From positions 32,001 to 96,000 of the IMG/VR virus record IMGVR_UViG_3300042923_000502: 64,000 nt of DNA, one strand, 5' to 3'. A program made the position numbers and the translations under genes. Shown here piece by piece: positions 9,164-18,998 of the stretch (position 1 is its first letter; each line of letters starts with the position of its first letter). The DNA comes from a virus. The notes beneath the pieces are model-generated. The model saw only the letters and a program-made list of their open reading frames with translations, searched no databases and was not told where the DNA came from.

Positions 9164-9361
9164 ATGTCAATGACCAAACGAGAGATCAAAAAAGCATCAG
9201 AATTAGTTCCAAACTTCATTAAAGTATTTGAGAACGATGTGCAAGAAGACATTCATACAGACGCAAAAGAAATGACATATGAAGAATTTGAACTGATTTG
9301 CCGATTGCATGAAAAGCTAACACATGCTATAAACTATGTTGACCAGAGTATTTTCAAATAA
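9164..9361 (+). CDS. Early hypothetical protein
   Basis: RBS AAGGATGA. Confidence 0.7.
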   Translation: MSMTKREIKKASELVPNFIKVFENDVQEDIHTDAKEMTYEEFELICRLHEKLTHAINYVDQSIFK

Positions 9362-9451
9362 TTCAGTGATTCAAAGTGCGTTCTATAATACATATTATAG
9401 AGCGTATTATTGTTTTACCGAATTACACTAAATTAAAAAGGATGATAACAC

Positions 9452-9739
9452 ATGAGCAAACTTTATAAAGGAAATGTAAAAACATCGGACGTACATTATC
9501 AAGAGGTTATTCTTACAGCACAAAGAAATGGTAATGACATAAACGGAAATAGCAAGTACAAGGTTCAGGTTTGGATGATTGTAAAAGATGATCACAATAT
9601 GGAATCAGGTACTCTATGGAGTCCTGTGGTAAAAGGATATAGAAAAAATAAGTATGACGAATACACATTAGTATCATCTGACCTTGATCATGATGTTACA
9701 CGCTTTATTGAAGCTTTTGAAAAAACGGTTAGAGCTTAA
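9452..9739 (+). CDS. Early hypothetical protein
   Basis: RBS AAGGATGA. Confidence 0.8.
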   Translation: MSKLYKGNVKTSDVHYQEVILTAQRNGNDINGNSKYKVQVWMIVKDDHNMESGTLWSPVVKGYRKNKYDEYTLVSSDLDHDVTRFIEAFEKTVRA

Positions 9740-9828
9740 TCAGTGATAAAAAGTGTCTTACATGATCATATTATGTAAGGCATTATTGTATTACTGATTT
9801 TAAATTACAATGAAAAGGATGATATAAC

Positions 9829-10257
9829 ATGACAACAAAACCATTTACAACCAGAGGGCAAATTGTAGCGGTAACACTTGACAACAATGGTAAAGAGCTT
9901 GCAGTAAGTGTATGCATGAATCCAGACAATATCAGCGAAGCCATTTTGGAAGCTTCAAACGGTGATACGCTTATAGTCAAGTGGGAACGTATTACATTTT
10001 GCAGAGACTATAAACCTTTTGAATTGAATCGCCTTAACAAAGGAGATAATGTTCAAGGCAGAGAAGTTTTGAAAGTAAAAAACTTTCCGCATGATCATCA
10101 CTTACAACTTGTTCTGTGCAAGTGGAAAGAGTTCAGATTCGTTGTATGGCAATACAACATAGAATCAGAAGGTTTTAACTTCGGATACTATTACACATCA
10201 ATAGAAGATGCTGAGGAAAAATTTAAAGAACGTATGGAATACTATGACATCAAGTAA
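9829..10257 (+). CDS. Early hypothetical protein
   Basis: RBS AAGGATGA. Confidence 0.8.
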   Translation: MTTKPFTTRGQIVAVTLDNNGKELAVSVCMNPDNISEAILEASNGDTLIVKWERITFCRDYKPFELNRLNKGDNVQGREVLKVKNFPHDHHLQLVLCKWKEFRFVVWQYNIESEGFNFGYYYTSIEDAEEKFKERMEYYDIK

Positions 10258-10349
10258 ATTCAGTGATTCAAAATGCCTTATATAAACCATATTATATAAG
10301 GCATCATTGCTTTACTGAATAACATTACATTACAAAAGGATGATAAGTT

Positions 10350-10553
10350 ATGTACAAATATGAAAAAGAACTGATCAAGATTGTGGAGAGTGTAGGTGAT
10401 GGCAGAACTATTGCTGATCTTTCGGAAAAAAGCTTTAGAAACCGCGAATTTGAAAGCTTTGAAGCTCATGAAATTTATGATATTGCAAGAGGTTCCAGTC
10501 ATTTCAGATACGATGAACGGACTCAGAAGGTTTACTTAGTTAAAAATTCATAA
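10350..10553 (+). CDS. Early hypothetical protein
   Basis: RBS AAGGATGA. Confidence 0.75.
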   Translation: MYKYEKELIKIVESVGDGRTIADLSEKSFRNREFESFEAHEIYDIARGSSHFRYDERTQKVYLVKNS

Positions 10554-10626
10554 TTCATATGTTGCCTTTTACATATAGTAAAGGGCAAAAATGTATTATG
10601 AATTATATAAGAAAGGATGATATTAA

Positions 10627-11016
10627 ATGTCAGATAGAAAAAAATATAGCTTCAATTATAGCTATGATGAAGTTGTATCGTTTAATCATAAATTGTTGAA
10701 CGACATTTCAGATCCAGAGTATGACTACAAATTGACAACTGACTTCAAAGATGCAATTTATCTTTTGCATGATGCCAAAATGATTTCAGGCGGCAAAGCA
10801 GAAGCAGGTTTTCGGCATATTGATCATCGTATGATTGAATGCACAATGGAGATTGACAGATACAATGACAATTTTTGGGATGAAGTCCATGCCAGATTTA
10901 AAATTGTACGCCTTGTACCAGAAAGTGAATATGCATTGATCAAAAAAGGTCAGGTTTTAACACGCATTCAGGAATATTTAATTAAAGAAAATGGGTATAT
11001 AATAGAAGAATATTAA
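10627..11016 (+). CDS. Early hypothetical protein
   Basis: RBS AAGGATGA. Confidence 0.8.
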   Translation: MSDRKKYSFNYSYDEVVSFNHKLLNDISDPEYDYKLTTDFKDAIYLLHDAKMISGGKAEAGFRHIDHRMIECTMEIDRYNDNFWDEVHARFKIVRLVPESEYALIKKGQVLTRIQEYLIKENGYIIEEY

Positions 11017-11034
11017 AAGAGAGGAAGATATAAA

Positions 11035-11241
11035 ATGGCAATGATTCAGTCACACTATGAGATCAACGTTTCACTTAATGGTAGGCACTTATTTGCGACA
11101 GCGGAGAGAAGTTGCGTAACACAGGACGATTTAAATAAGGTATTAGACATATTTGTTGCCAAGTTTCCAAAATCAGAAGGATATAAAATATCTTACTCTC
11201 ACATTAAATGTGAAGGAAGATCAAAGGAAGTCAGAAACTAA
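11035..11241 (+). CDS. Early hypothetical protein
   Basis: RBS GAGGA. Confidence 0.75.
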   Translation: MAMIQSHYEINVSLNGRHLFATAERSCVTQDDLNKVLDIFVAKFPKSEGYKISYSHIKCEGRSKEVRN

Positions 11242-11333
11242 TTCGGTCAATGATAGCACCTTGTATAAACATATTATATAAGGTGTAATTGATTCACTGA
11301 ATTAACAAATAAATTAAAAAAGGATGATTAAAT

Positions 11334-11993
11334 ATGTTTATGACAAAACAATATCCGACAGTTTACGAGAAGTTTGGTGATGTCAATCCTATTGAACATG
11401 GCGGAGGTCTTTACACAGAAATTTCCGATGGCGTATTCGATATTATTCATATCGAACCAGATCAAAACAGATGTGATCTTGGTTGGTTTAATGTGGTTCA
11501 AGTTGACACAAACGATTCTTGGATTCAGGAGAAGAAAGAAGGCTTGTTTTCGACTTATGATATGAACGAATCACAGAATAATAGCATCGACTTTGCTCTT
11601 GCCTGCATCGGATATTTTGGAATCGAAAATTTTGGTGGAGATCAAAGTTACGAAATGCTGATTGACAAAAGGGATATTGAAGAGTCATTGAATGAAGTTA
11701 TTACAGAAAACTTTATCCAAGATGATAACACTATCAGATGCAAGGTTATCAATTATTTCGATGTATGGGGCAATCAGAAAGATGGTTATCAAGTTAATAA
11801 CATGTGCAATGAAGGTGAAATCACAGTTCCTAAAGATGCATCCAACAGAGATGTTGTCGATGCATTAAAGAAAATGGGATTCTTCAAAAAACATGTTCGT
11901 ATGAATATGTGTCAGTTTGAAAGTGCATATATCGACGTATGGGTAATTAACGATTCAAAAGGAAAACCTGTTTGTTGCGTTGAGCCACTATAA
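11334..11993 (+). CDS. Early hypothetical protein (probably two domains)
   Basis: 219 aa, RBS AAGGATGA. Confidence 0.8.
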   Translation: MFMTKQYPTVYEKFGDVNPIEHGGGLYTEISDGVFDIIHIEPDQNRCDLGWFNVVQVDTNDSWIQEKKEGLFSTYDMNESQNNSIDFALACIGYFGIENFGGDQSYEMLIDKRDIEESLNEVITENFIQDDNTIRCKVINYFDVWGNQKDGYQVNNMCNEGEITVPKDASNRDVVDALKKMGFFKKHVRMNMCQFESAYIDVWVINDSKGKPVCCVEPL

Positions 11994-12087
11994 CATTCAG
12001 AACTAAATACTATGTCTTTCTACTCATATAGTAGGAAGACATAAATTGTTTTCTGAATAAAAATAATATTGCAAAGGATGATAAACA

Positions 12088-12303
12088 ATGCGTATAACAC
12101 CCGAATACAGAAACCACTTGAAAGTTGAAGGACATAAAGGCACATGGTATGTTGTCGATGAAACTAATCACAATGACCAACAGGTTTATCTGTTGGAGCA
12201 TGAGAAATACGGTGAAGATGTTGCCTGTCTTATTGTTGACAAGGATTTGAATGTTCTGGTTGACGATGTTTGGAATGGATTCGATGATTTAGAGTATTTG
12301 TAA
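12088..12303 (+). CDS. Small acidic protein resembling a domain of Bacillota mobile-element polyvalent proteins
   Basis: GTWYVVDE...LLEHEKYGEDVACLIVD...DVWNGFDDL; family recalled from memory, not searched. Confidence 0.6.
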   Translation: MRITPEYRNHLKVEGHKGTWYVVDETNHNDQQVYLLEHEKYGEDVACLIVDKDLNVLVDDVWNGFDDLEYL

Positions 12304-12329
12304 AATCAAACATCAAAGGAGAATAACAG

Positions 12330-12488
12330 ATGAAATCACTAAAAAGAAGATATTATTGTTCAGCTAAGGACAACAAAGGTCAATTGACACAATTTGAGTT
12401 AGTTGCTGAGAGCAAGAAAGAAGCAGTGCAGAGATGCAAAGATGAATGCAAAAGACTTGATTATGTATTCATGGAAGTAAGCTTATAG
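12330..12488 (+). CDS. 52-aa hypothetical protein
   Basis: Found by hand; RBS AAGGAG. Confidence 0.65.
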   Translation: MKSLKRRYYCSAKDNKGQLTQFELVAESKKEAVQRCKDECKRLDYVFMEVSL

Positions 12489-12579
12489 CAGGTAGTTTCA
12501 GAATTGATTGTGCCTTACATTACAACATTATATGTAAGGCATTAATGAGTTATTGAAACTCAAGAAAGGATGATAAACA

Positions 12580-12798
12580 GTGATTGTTGGATATTATTGT
12601 CACAAAGAAGACAAGGAATTAACAGGATTAAATGTAATGGTAGTATTGAAACATGATAATGGACAATTAGAAGCGTATTGTCCATCAGAACAACACTTTC
12701 CATTGACAGAAGAATATTTTAATGAATGTGTTAGAATAACAAAAGAGCAATATGTCAATGCCAGCTCGTTGTGGACTCCGGCTGAATACTTAAACTAA
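12580..12798 (+). CDS. Early hypothetical protein
   Basis: GTG start after AAGGATGA. Confidence 0.75.
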   Translation: MIVGYYCHKEDKELTGLNVMVVLKHDNGQLEAYCPSEQHFPLTEEYFNECVRITKEQYVNASSLWTPAEYLN

Positions 12799-12821
12799 AT
12801 TAGAAAAGAGGATGATAACAT

Positions 12822-13238
12822 ATGACAAGTCAAAGAAGTGTTGCTGTAGAAAGATTTGAAAAGTTGGAAGAAATGGGATATTCTCACACGGATATTCTTA
12901 ATTACATTCTTTTCAATTGGATGAACGCTGATGATGCATGTGAAAGCCTTGAAGGATTCGCAGGAGACATGGACTTCTCCTTTGAAGAAGATGAAGCAGA
13001 AGAAGGCACAGAAAATGAAATTGAACCTACCTATGAAGTAGGCGACACCGTAACAATAGCAAGTGACAATGAAAATTATTTTGAATACTTAGGAAAAGAC
13101 CTTACAGTAGCCAAAGTTTCAACAAGTATTGAAGATCATCCTGGTTTTGATGACTCAGTAGGAGAAGCCTTGTATGACCTTGAGACGGAAGATGGCGAAC
13201 CTGTACCATTTTCGGTGTATGAATATGAATTGAATTGA
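12822..13238 (+). CDS. Highly acidic early protein
   Basis: Very D/E-rich; RBS GAGGATGA. Confidence 0.8.
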   Translation: MTSQRSVAVERFEKLEEMGYSHTDILNYILFNWMNADDACESLEGFAGDMDFSFEEDEAEEGTENEIEPTYEVGDTVTIASDNENYFEYLGKDLTVAKVSTSIEDHPGFDDSVGEALYDLETEDGEPVPFSVYEYELN

Positions 13239-13334
13239 TTCAGAATAATATACTATGCTCTTTACTCTATATATAGTAGAGAGCATAAATACTTTTCTGA
13301 ATAGAAAAGAATAACATTAAAAGGATGATAACAC

Positions 13335-13715
13335 ATGAGAACAACGAAAAAAGAATTTGTAGCTCAGATTCAAGAACATATTGCAAATAGATTGTCGGAA
13401 GATGAAACAACGGTATTGAGCGAACAGCTGCAAAATGTTATGGATGACTTTAAAGATTGGTATAATCCATATGAGAAGAAATTGACACCAAACAGGCATG
13501 ATGCTCTTAAACATTGGCTGTGGGGTCTTCCATCGTCATTATCTCTTGAGTATCAACACTACAATATCAGTAAGATTCTTAAAAAATGGTTTAATGAGTG
13601 TGGGGAAGAATATAAGGAAATTGGAGATGGCAGAAAAGAAGCTGATTTTTATATGAATTTGGTAATACGCGAATTTAACAAAATGTATAACAAGCATTGC
13701 AAGCAAACGAATTAA
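13335..13715 (+). CDS. Early hypothetical protein
   Basis: RBS AAGGATGA. Confidence 0.8.
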   Translation: MRTTKKEFVAQIQEHIANRLSEDETTVLSEQLQNVMDDFKDWYNPYEKKLTPNRHDALKHWLWGLPSSLSLEYQHYNISKILKKWFNECGEEYKEIGDGRKEADFYMNLVIREFNKMYNKHCKQTN

Positions 13716-13810
13716 TTCAGAATTTTATTATACCTTTTATATTGCAATATATAAAAGGTATAAATACTTTTCTGAATGGAAAGTAAATTTAACGGATAAG
13801 GATGATCATA

Positions 13811-14155
13811 ATGGCATATACTATGCTTACACCAGAAGTTGTTGAATTTCTCTCAAAAGAGGAATTAAAAGGTAAATTAATGACGTTGCGCATGTCTTCC
13901 GTTGCAGACAAGAGAAATACTATTCAATTGTCGGAAGGATTCATTGAATCTGTAAGAGTAAACGAAGAAACAGAAGTTGAAAGAGAAGGATTCAGCATTC
14001 AATTAATGAACAAAAAAGGAGAATTGTATTATAGACCAGAGTGCTTCTTTGGCACATTTGACAATTTTGAAATTAATTCTTATGAAACATCAACAGTACT
14101 TAGAATTAATTACAAAGATCAAAGCTACTTTATTATTAAGATTTACGGCATATAA
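13811..14155 (+). CDS. Hypothetical protein, paralog of next gene
   Basis: LTPEVVEFLS...IKIYGI. Confidence 0.75.
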   Translation: MAYTMLTPEVVEFLSKEELKGKLMTLRMSSVADKRNTIQLSEGFIESVRVNEETEVEREGFSIQLMNKKGELYYRPECFFGTFDNFEINSYETSTVLRINYKDQSYFIIKIYGI

Positions 14156-14179
14156 CACATTAAAAAAAGGGGAATGAAA

Positions 14180-14494
14180 ATGACAGAAAACATAATAACA
14201 CCAGAGATAATTGACTTACTCTCTAGTAAAGATGTAAATGACAAATTAATTACAGTGAGTACATCAACGAATAGATCAAATAGTGTAATTTCAGGATTTG
14301 TTGATAGTATCAAGGTAATTGATGGTAAGGAAATAGTAATTCAGATTGGTGATAAAAATGAAAATCTGATGGGTGAACCGCTTATCTTTAAAGATTTTGA
14401 CAAGATATTTATAGGTACTGATAGCATATGTACCAAACTAAGACTTCAACATTTAAATGGTGATTATTCATTTATTCAAATTTACGGAGTATAA
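14180..14494 (+). CDS. Hypothetical protein, paralog of previous gene
   Basis: ITPEIIDLLS...IQIYGV. Confidence 0.75.
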   Translation: MTENIITPEIIDLLSSKDVNDKLITVSTSTNRSNSVISGFVDSIKVIDGKEIVIQIGDKNENLMGEPLIFKDFDKIFIGTDSICTKLRLQHLNGDYSFIQIYGV

Positions 14495-14591
14495 TTCAGA
14501 ATAACATATGATGCCTTTTACTTGTAATAAGTAGAAGGCATAAATGCTCTTCTGAGCAACAAATAACACCAAGAAAAGGGGAATGATAACC

Positions 14592-14771
14592 ATGACAAAA
14601 GTAGCGACATCAGGAAAAATTAAGACACGAAAAGAGCATACTGTGTCGGGACGTTCCAACGTCACAAACGAAGTATACAAAAGAATATTTACAAGCTATT
14701 CAGAAATGAACAAGTGGGCTGAAAAGAATGATCTTGTAATATTCAACGTTGTTACAAAGGTTATCAAATAA
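14592..14771 (+). CDS. Hypothetical protein
   Basis: RBS AAGGGGA. Confidence 0.7.
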   Translation: MTKVATSGKIKTRKEHTVSGRSNVTNEVYKRIFTSYSEMNKWAEKNDLVIFNVVTKVIK

Positions 14772-14792
14772 CAGATAAAAGGAGATTGAGCA

Positions 14793-15188
14793 ATGACAAA
14801 ACACATTAAATTGAACATTAAGGTAATGCTTAATACGAATTTCGGAAAAGTTCAGATTGGTGAAATTTCATTAAATCCAAGTGTAATGGGAAGCATATCA
14901 GAAGAGTATATTGTAGAGCAATGGTTCAAAAATGTTAATGTAAATGTTCAGCAAATTGCTAGAGTATGGACACAGGCGGAAAACCGCTCTTATCTGTATG
15001 GAGTTCATTATCACAATAACGGAAAAGAACTATATGAATTCTATTATGTTTCAAGAGGTATGCTGTATGATGACCATGGATATTTAGAAGAAATTGAAGT
15101 AGGCGAATTTTTAGGAGACTTGACAACACTCGATCAGGCAACGGCTTTGGATGCGTTTATGGTGAAGATCAAAGAAGAATTGAGTTAA
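14793..15188 (+). CDS. Hypothetical protein
   Basis: RBS AAGGAG. Confidence 0.75.
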   Translation: MTKHIKLNIKVMLNTNFGKVQIGEISLNPSVMGSISEEYIVEQWFKNVNVNVQQIARVWTQAENRSYLYGVHYHNNGKELYEFYYVSRGMLYDDHGYLEEIEVGEFLGDLTTLDQATALDAFMVKIKEELS

Positions 15189-15274
15189 TTCAGAATAATA
15201 TACTATGTCTTTTACTTCTAATAGTAGAAGACATAAATACTCTTCTGAGTAATCATAACAAAGGAGTGGTAACA

Positions 15275-15691
15275 ATGAAATACAAAACGATTGGAACAGT
15301 TAGACTTGCAAAGCGTCTTAAAAACCTTAGCAAAGGTGATGTAATCCTTGACACAGCATTTAACAAATACGCTAACGGTGTAACAAGCTACAGCTTATGC
15401 ATTTGGGAAGTAATCAAGAAACATGTTGATATTAGCCTTATACACAAAGCAGAGATGACTTTCACGCAAAAAGATTGGTATACGTTGACTCTATCTCATA
15501 AAGACGGATACACTTTTAAATTACGCGGTATGTCATCTGGTTATTATGGCGAAGGATCAAGAGCAACAGAAAAAGTTTTGCTTGATTGTGGATTCAGTCA
15601 AAGTGCTATTGATATTATCTTTATCAAAAATAACGAAAATTGGATCATTCGCAAGTTTGCAACAAAGGGAACTAGAGTTCACATCAGATAA
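15275..15691 (+). CDS. Hypothetical protein
   Basis: RBS AAGGAGTG. Confidence 0.75.
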   Translation: MKYKTIGTVRLAKRLKNLSKGDVILDTAFNKYANGVTSYSLCIWEVIKKHVDISLIHKAEMTFTQKDWYTLTLSHKDGYTFKLRGMSSGYYGEGSRATEKVLLDCGFSQSAIDIIFIKNNENWIIRKFATKGTRVHIR

Positions 15692-15705
15692 AGGAGTGAA
15701 GATAC

Positions 15706-15879
15706 ATGATAAAACAATACGTTTACCATAACACAACAACAGATGAAGTCGTAGGGTTCAATGCTAATAGCCTACACCAATCAAAGATCAGAATGAGAAG
15801 GCTATCCAGAGTTCATTTCATCGGTAGCAAGGCAAGTGATTGGAAGTTTGTTAAAACAGATAAAAAAATGAGACACTGA
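15706..15879 (+). CDS. 57-aa hypothetical protein
   Basis: Found by hand; RBS AAGGAGTG. Confidence 0.6.
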   Translation: MIKQYVYHNTTTDEVVGFNANSLHQSKIRMRRLSRVHFIGSKASDWKFVKTDKKMRH

Positions 15880-15888
15880 AAATTATAC

Positions 15889-15916
15889 TTGCATAGTCGG
15901 TAAAATGTGGTATAAT
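15889..15916 (+). promoter_or_regulatory. sigmaA promoter
   Basis: TTGCAT-16bp-TATAAT with extended TG. Confidence 0.65.
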
Positions 15917-16032
15917 AGTAGTTGGCACAAATAAAAGATAAAACATCAGATTGGAGCTTATGCCTTTCACGCAACATATAGTGAAGGGTATAAATGATTC
16001 ACTGATTTAACACAAAGAGAGGATGACAACAA

Positions 16033-16356
16033 ATGGAAGTTTTAGTTATGCCAAACGGTCAAACTGAAATTATCTCCGATGAAAGAGATTTGATTGAATT
16101 TATTGGCAGAGTAATGGGTTATGAAGTAAAGATAATGGTTGAAGAAATTTCCAAGAGAGCAGATAAAGCCGCTATTTTGGCTGATTCGGATTTTAAATCA
16201 TATGAAATGCAAGTTGAAGAAAATCATGATGCCTTTCAGGAATTAGCTGGATTGGTCAATAGGGTTTATGAAGAATTGGATAAGGAAAGAATGAATAAAA
16301 AGAAAATAACATCTATCATTGACAGGATGGATCATGTAGTAAGCAATCAAATCTAA
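16033..16356 (+). CDS. Hypothetical coiled-coil protein
   Basis: RBS GAGGATGA. Confidence 0.75.
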   Translation: MEVLVMPNGQTEIISDERDLIEFIGRVMGYEVKIMVEEISKRADKAAILADSDFKSYEMQVEENHDAFQELAGLVNRVYEELDKERMNKKKITSIIDRMDHVVSNQI

Positions 16357-16368
16357 GGAGTGAATTAG

Positions 16369-16662
16369 GTGGAAGCAATAAACAAATACGAAATAAGCGC
16401 ACACAATTTCACGGAATTCATCTACATGTATACAGTGGACGATCATTTGTATGACTGTGGCGAAGAAATGTATAGTATGTATGAGCTATCTACAGAAATT
16501 AAAGTGCTGGAGTATATAGAGGTACACGGATATAATGGATACGCATGTACTTTCAGCAAAGAAGTTGATGCTATCTTTAGTGATTACATTGCATTCTTAG
16601 AAGGGAAAAACAATAATTATTTTAGCATAGAATTTCCAGAAAATTTAAAAAATAAGGAGTGA
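16369..16662 (+). CDS. Hypothetical protein
   Basis: RBS AAGGAGTG, GTG start. Confidence 0.7.
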   Translation: MEAINKYEISAHNFTEFIYMYTVDDHLYDCGEEMYSMYELSTEIKVLEYIEVHGYNGYACTFSKEVDAIFSDYIAFLEGKNNNYFSIEFPENLKNKE

Positions 16663-16668
16663 TTATTC

Positions 16669-18921
16669 ATGACAATTCAGTTGCCATTAGACTTTCACAA
16701 ACCACTTTGGGATAAGTTCAATACACAGCAACGTAAGGCGGTTAAACAGATTGATGGAGCGGTGCAAATTTGTGCCGTTGCCGGAAGTGGTAAGACAACG
16801 GTTATTGTACATCGTACAGAACACATGATCAATGATTTGAAGATTGATCCATCTTCTATTGCTTTAATGACATTTACATCTAAGGCAGCGCAAGAAATGG
16901 GTGAGCGACTTCAAAAGCTTATTAGTAAGAAGGATTATGATAACATGTTTTGTGGAACCTCACACAGCTTTGGTTATCGTGTACTTGCAAAGGAGTACAA
17001 GGATATTAATCATCCTCTTGCATCTTTCACACGTAAGGATTTTAAAGACCCAGGATTGCTTACAGGTACTTCATTGAAGTACTTTAGCACATCGGTTAAG
17101 GAAAAGATTCTTCAATTGCCGCTACAAAATGATATTATTAATGAAATTGAAGGAATTGCTGAAAATCAATTCTTGAAAGTTGTTAGTTTATGCAAAAACG
17201 CTGACCTTGATCCTCAACAATATGAGGACATGTGCGTAATGGAAGACCCAAGCGCAAACAGATGGGCTTATATCCATTATTACAAGATGTATGAAAAGAT
17301 GAAAGATGAACGCAGATGCATTGACTTTGATGATATGCTGTTTAAAGCGGTAAGGTTATTCAGATCACATCCAGCTATTTTGAAGAAATATCAAAAGCAA
17401 TACAAGTATGTTGTTATTGACGAAACACAAGACAATAACCCTACACAATATGCACTTGCAGAAATGATTGCCAAGCCAGAAAATAATGTGTATGTTGTTG
17501 GTGACGATGATCAAAGCTTGTATACGTTCCGTGGGGCAGAACCAAATCTTTTCATTGACTTCTGTGAAAAATATGAGAATGCAATTCAAATACCGCTTGA
17601 AGACAATTATCGTAGCAAGCCTGAAATACTAAAAGTTGCAAATTTGCTGATTAACCATAACACCAAACGAATTAAGAAGCATCTTGTGGCTCACAGCAAA
17701 TCAGTTGACAAGTCAGTTTTTTATTCTCATTTCTTGGATGAAATTAAGGAAGCGGAATTTGTTGCAAATGAAATTGACAATATTTGCAATGATCCCGATG
17801 CTGATTTTATGGATAGTATACCTTACAATCGTGTGTTTATCATCTATCGTACAAACGCACAGAATAAGGAAATGGAAGATGCCTTGATTACAAAGGGCAT
17901 ACCATATGTCATTCATGGCGGCATGAGCTTTTATGAGCGCAGAGAAGTGAAGGATATACTAGCATACTTGAGACTTGTGAATGACACTGACGATAACGAT
18001 GCATTCAAGCGGGTATACAATGTTCCTAGTCGCTATCTTGGTAAAGCTTTTCTTAATAAGATTGATGATAATGGAAAAAGTTCATTGTGGGACAGATGTT
18101 CGTCAGTTGTATTGACAAAGAAAGAGCAAGATTCCGTCAATTCATTTAAAGCCATTGTTAATACAATGACTGAACTTAAAAACAAAGGCGGCAAGATTGA
18201 TGAATTGATTGATTGCCTAATGAAAAGCGGATATGAAGAACATCTTAAAAAGGATAACAAAGACGAATCAGAAGATGAAGACAATGAGATTGTTGAAAAG
18301 CTCAAATTCTTTGTTAGAAGATTTGATAACATCGAAAACCTTATCAAGTATGTTGAAGTGATGTCAGGTAAGCGTAAGGAAGATGTGAACGGCGTTCAAC
18401 TTATGACGGTTCATAGAAGCAAAGGACTTGAAGCTCATGCTGTGTTTGGTATTGGTATCAATGAAGGATTGATGCCACATATTAGAAGCAAAGAAGCTTT
18501 TGACTCAGGTGAAAATCCATTTGCCATTGAAGAAGAAAGAAGACTTGCATATGTATTGGTAACACGTGCAGAGACATTTGCATATTTATCCTCAACATCT
18601 TCATTCAATGGTAAGTCATCAGAAAGATCACGCTTCATCGAAGAAATGGAGTTAGTGAAGGTTGATAAAGACGAAGAAGATGTTCAGGAAATTGAAGAAG
18701 AAAAGTATACACCGCCAGTTCGTGAGGTTTACGGATATGCTACAAAGGAAGAATACAAAGGAATAGGTCAACTTCCAGATATTCCTTATGTAACATATGT
18801 AGAAATTAAACCGGAACCAAAGCAAGAACAGAAAACTGAATCTTCTCCACCAGATGGATTCATCTATATTGATGATCCACTTATTGGAAGGATACTTAAA
18901 CCTATTGCAAAAGGCAAATAG
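16669..18921 (+). CDS. UvrD/PcrA-family SF1 DNA helicase
   Basis: AVAGSGKT, DETQD, VGDDDQSLYTFRGA, NYRS, YRTNAQ, TVHRSKGLE, EERRLAYVLVTRA. Confidence 0.95.
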   Translation: MTIQLPLDFHKPLWDKFNTQQRKAVKQIDGAVQICAVAGSGKTTVIVHRTEHMINDLKIDPSSIALMTFTSKAAQEMGERLQKLISKKDYDNMFCGTSHSFGYRVLAKEYKDINHPLASFTRKDFKDPGLLTGTSLKYFSTSVKEKILQLPLQNDIINEIEGIAENQFLKVVSLCKNADLDPQQYEDMCVMEDPSANRWAYIHYYKMYEKMKDERRCIDFDDMLFKAVRLFRSHPAILKKYQKQYKYVVIDETQDNNPTQYALAEMIAKPENNVYVVGDDDQSLYTFRGAEPNLFIDFCEKYENAIQIPLEDNYRSKPEILKVANLLINHNTKRIKKHLVAHSKSVDKSVFYSHFLDEIKEAEFVANEIDNICNDPDADFMDSIPYNRVFIIYRTNAQNKEMEDALITKGIPYVIHGGMSFYERREVKDILAYLRLVNDTDDNDAFKRVYNVPSRYLGKAFLNKIDDNGKSSLWDRCSSVVLTKKEQDSVNSFKAIVNTMTELKNKGGKIDELIDCLMKSGYEEHLKKDNKDESEDEDNEIVEKLKFFVRRFDNIENLIKYVEVMSGKRKEDVNGVQLMTVHRSKGLEAHAVFGIGINEGLMPHIRSKEAFDSGENPFAIEEERRLAYVLVTRAETFAYLSSTSSFNGKSSERSRFIEEMELVKVDKDEEDVQEIEEEKYTPPVREVYGYATKEEYKGIGQLPDIPYVTYVEIKPEPKQEQKTESSPPDGFIYIDDPLIGRILKPIAKGK

Positions 18922-18974
18922 TTAAATTTTTTAAGGAGACTTAACCCGCTTGAGTCTCCTATAAAGGATTTAAC
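18921..18974 (+). other. Intergenic hairpin
   Basis: GTTAAAT...AGGAGACTTAA/TTGAGTCTCCT...ATTTAAC. Confidence 0.6.
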
Positions 18975-18998
18975 ATCCTTTAACACATTGAAAGGAGA

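Larger units (their letters stand above)
4798..16006 (+). repeat. Array of 22 intergenic ~55-78-nt imperfect hairpins (outer stem, internal loop, inner stem); putative RNA-processing or cassette-boundary sites
   Basis: 4798-4866, 4970-5031, 5330-5391, 5780-5838, 6349-6410, 7023-7082, 7379-7439, 7699-7761, 8341-8418, 9071-9132, 9359-9425, 9738-9799, 10258-10320, 10551-10605, 11239-11304, 11995-12058, 12494-12560, 13238-13302, 13715-13777, 14495-14556, 15188-15250, 15945-16006; nearly all start at or near a stop codon and precede an AAAGGATGA-type RBS. Confidence 0.9.

Noticed and set aside
4798-16006. CRISPR array
   Set aside because: Repeats are not identical, the intervening sequences are whole genes, and no cas genes are present.
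4798-16006. Hairpins as rho-independent terminators
   Set aside because: AT-rich interrupted stems followed by A-rich sequence and an RBS, with no U-tract and no new promoter seen after them.
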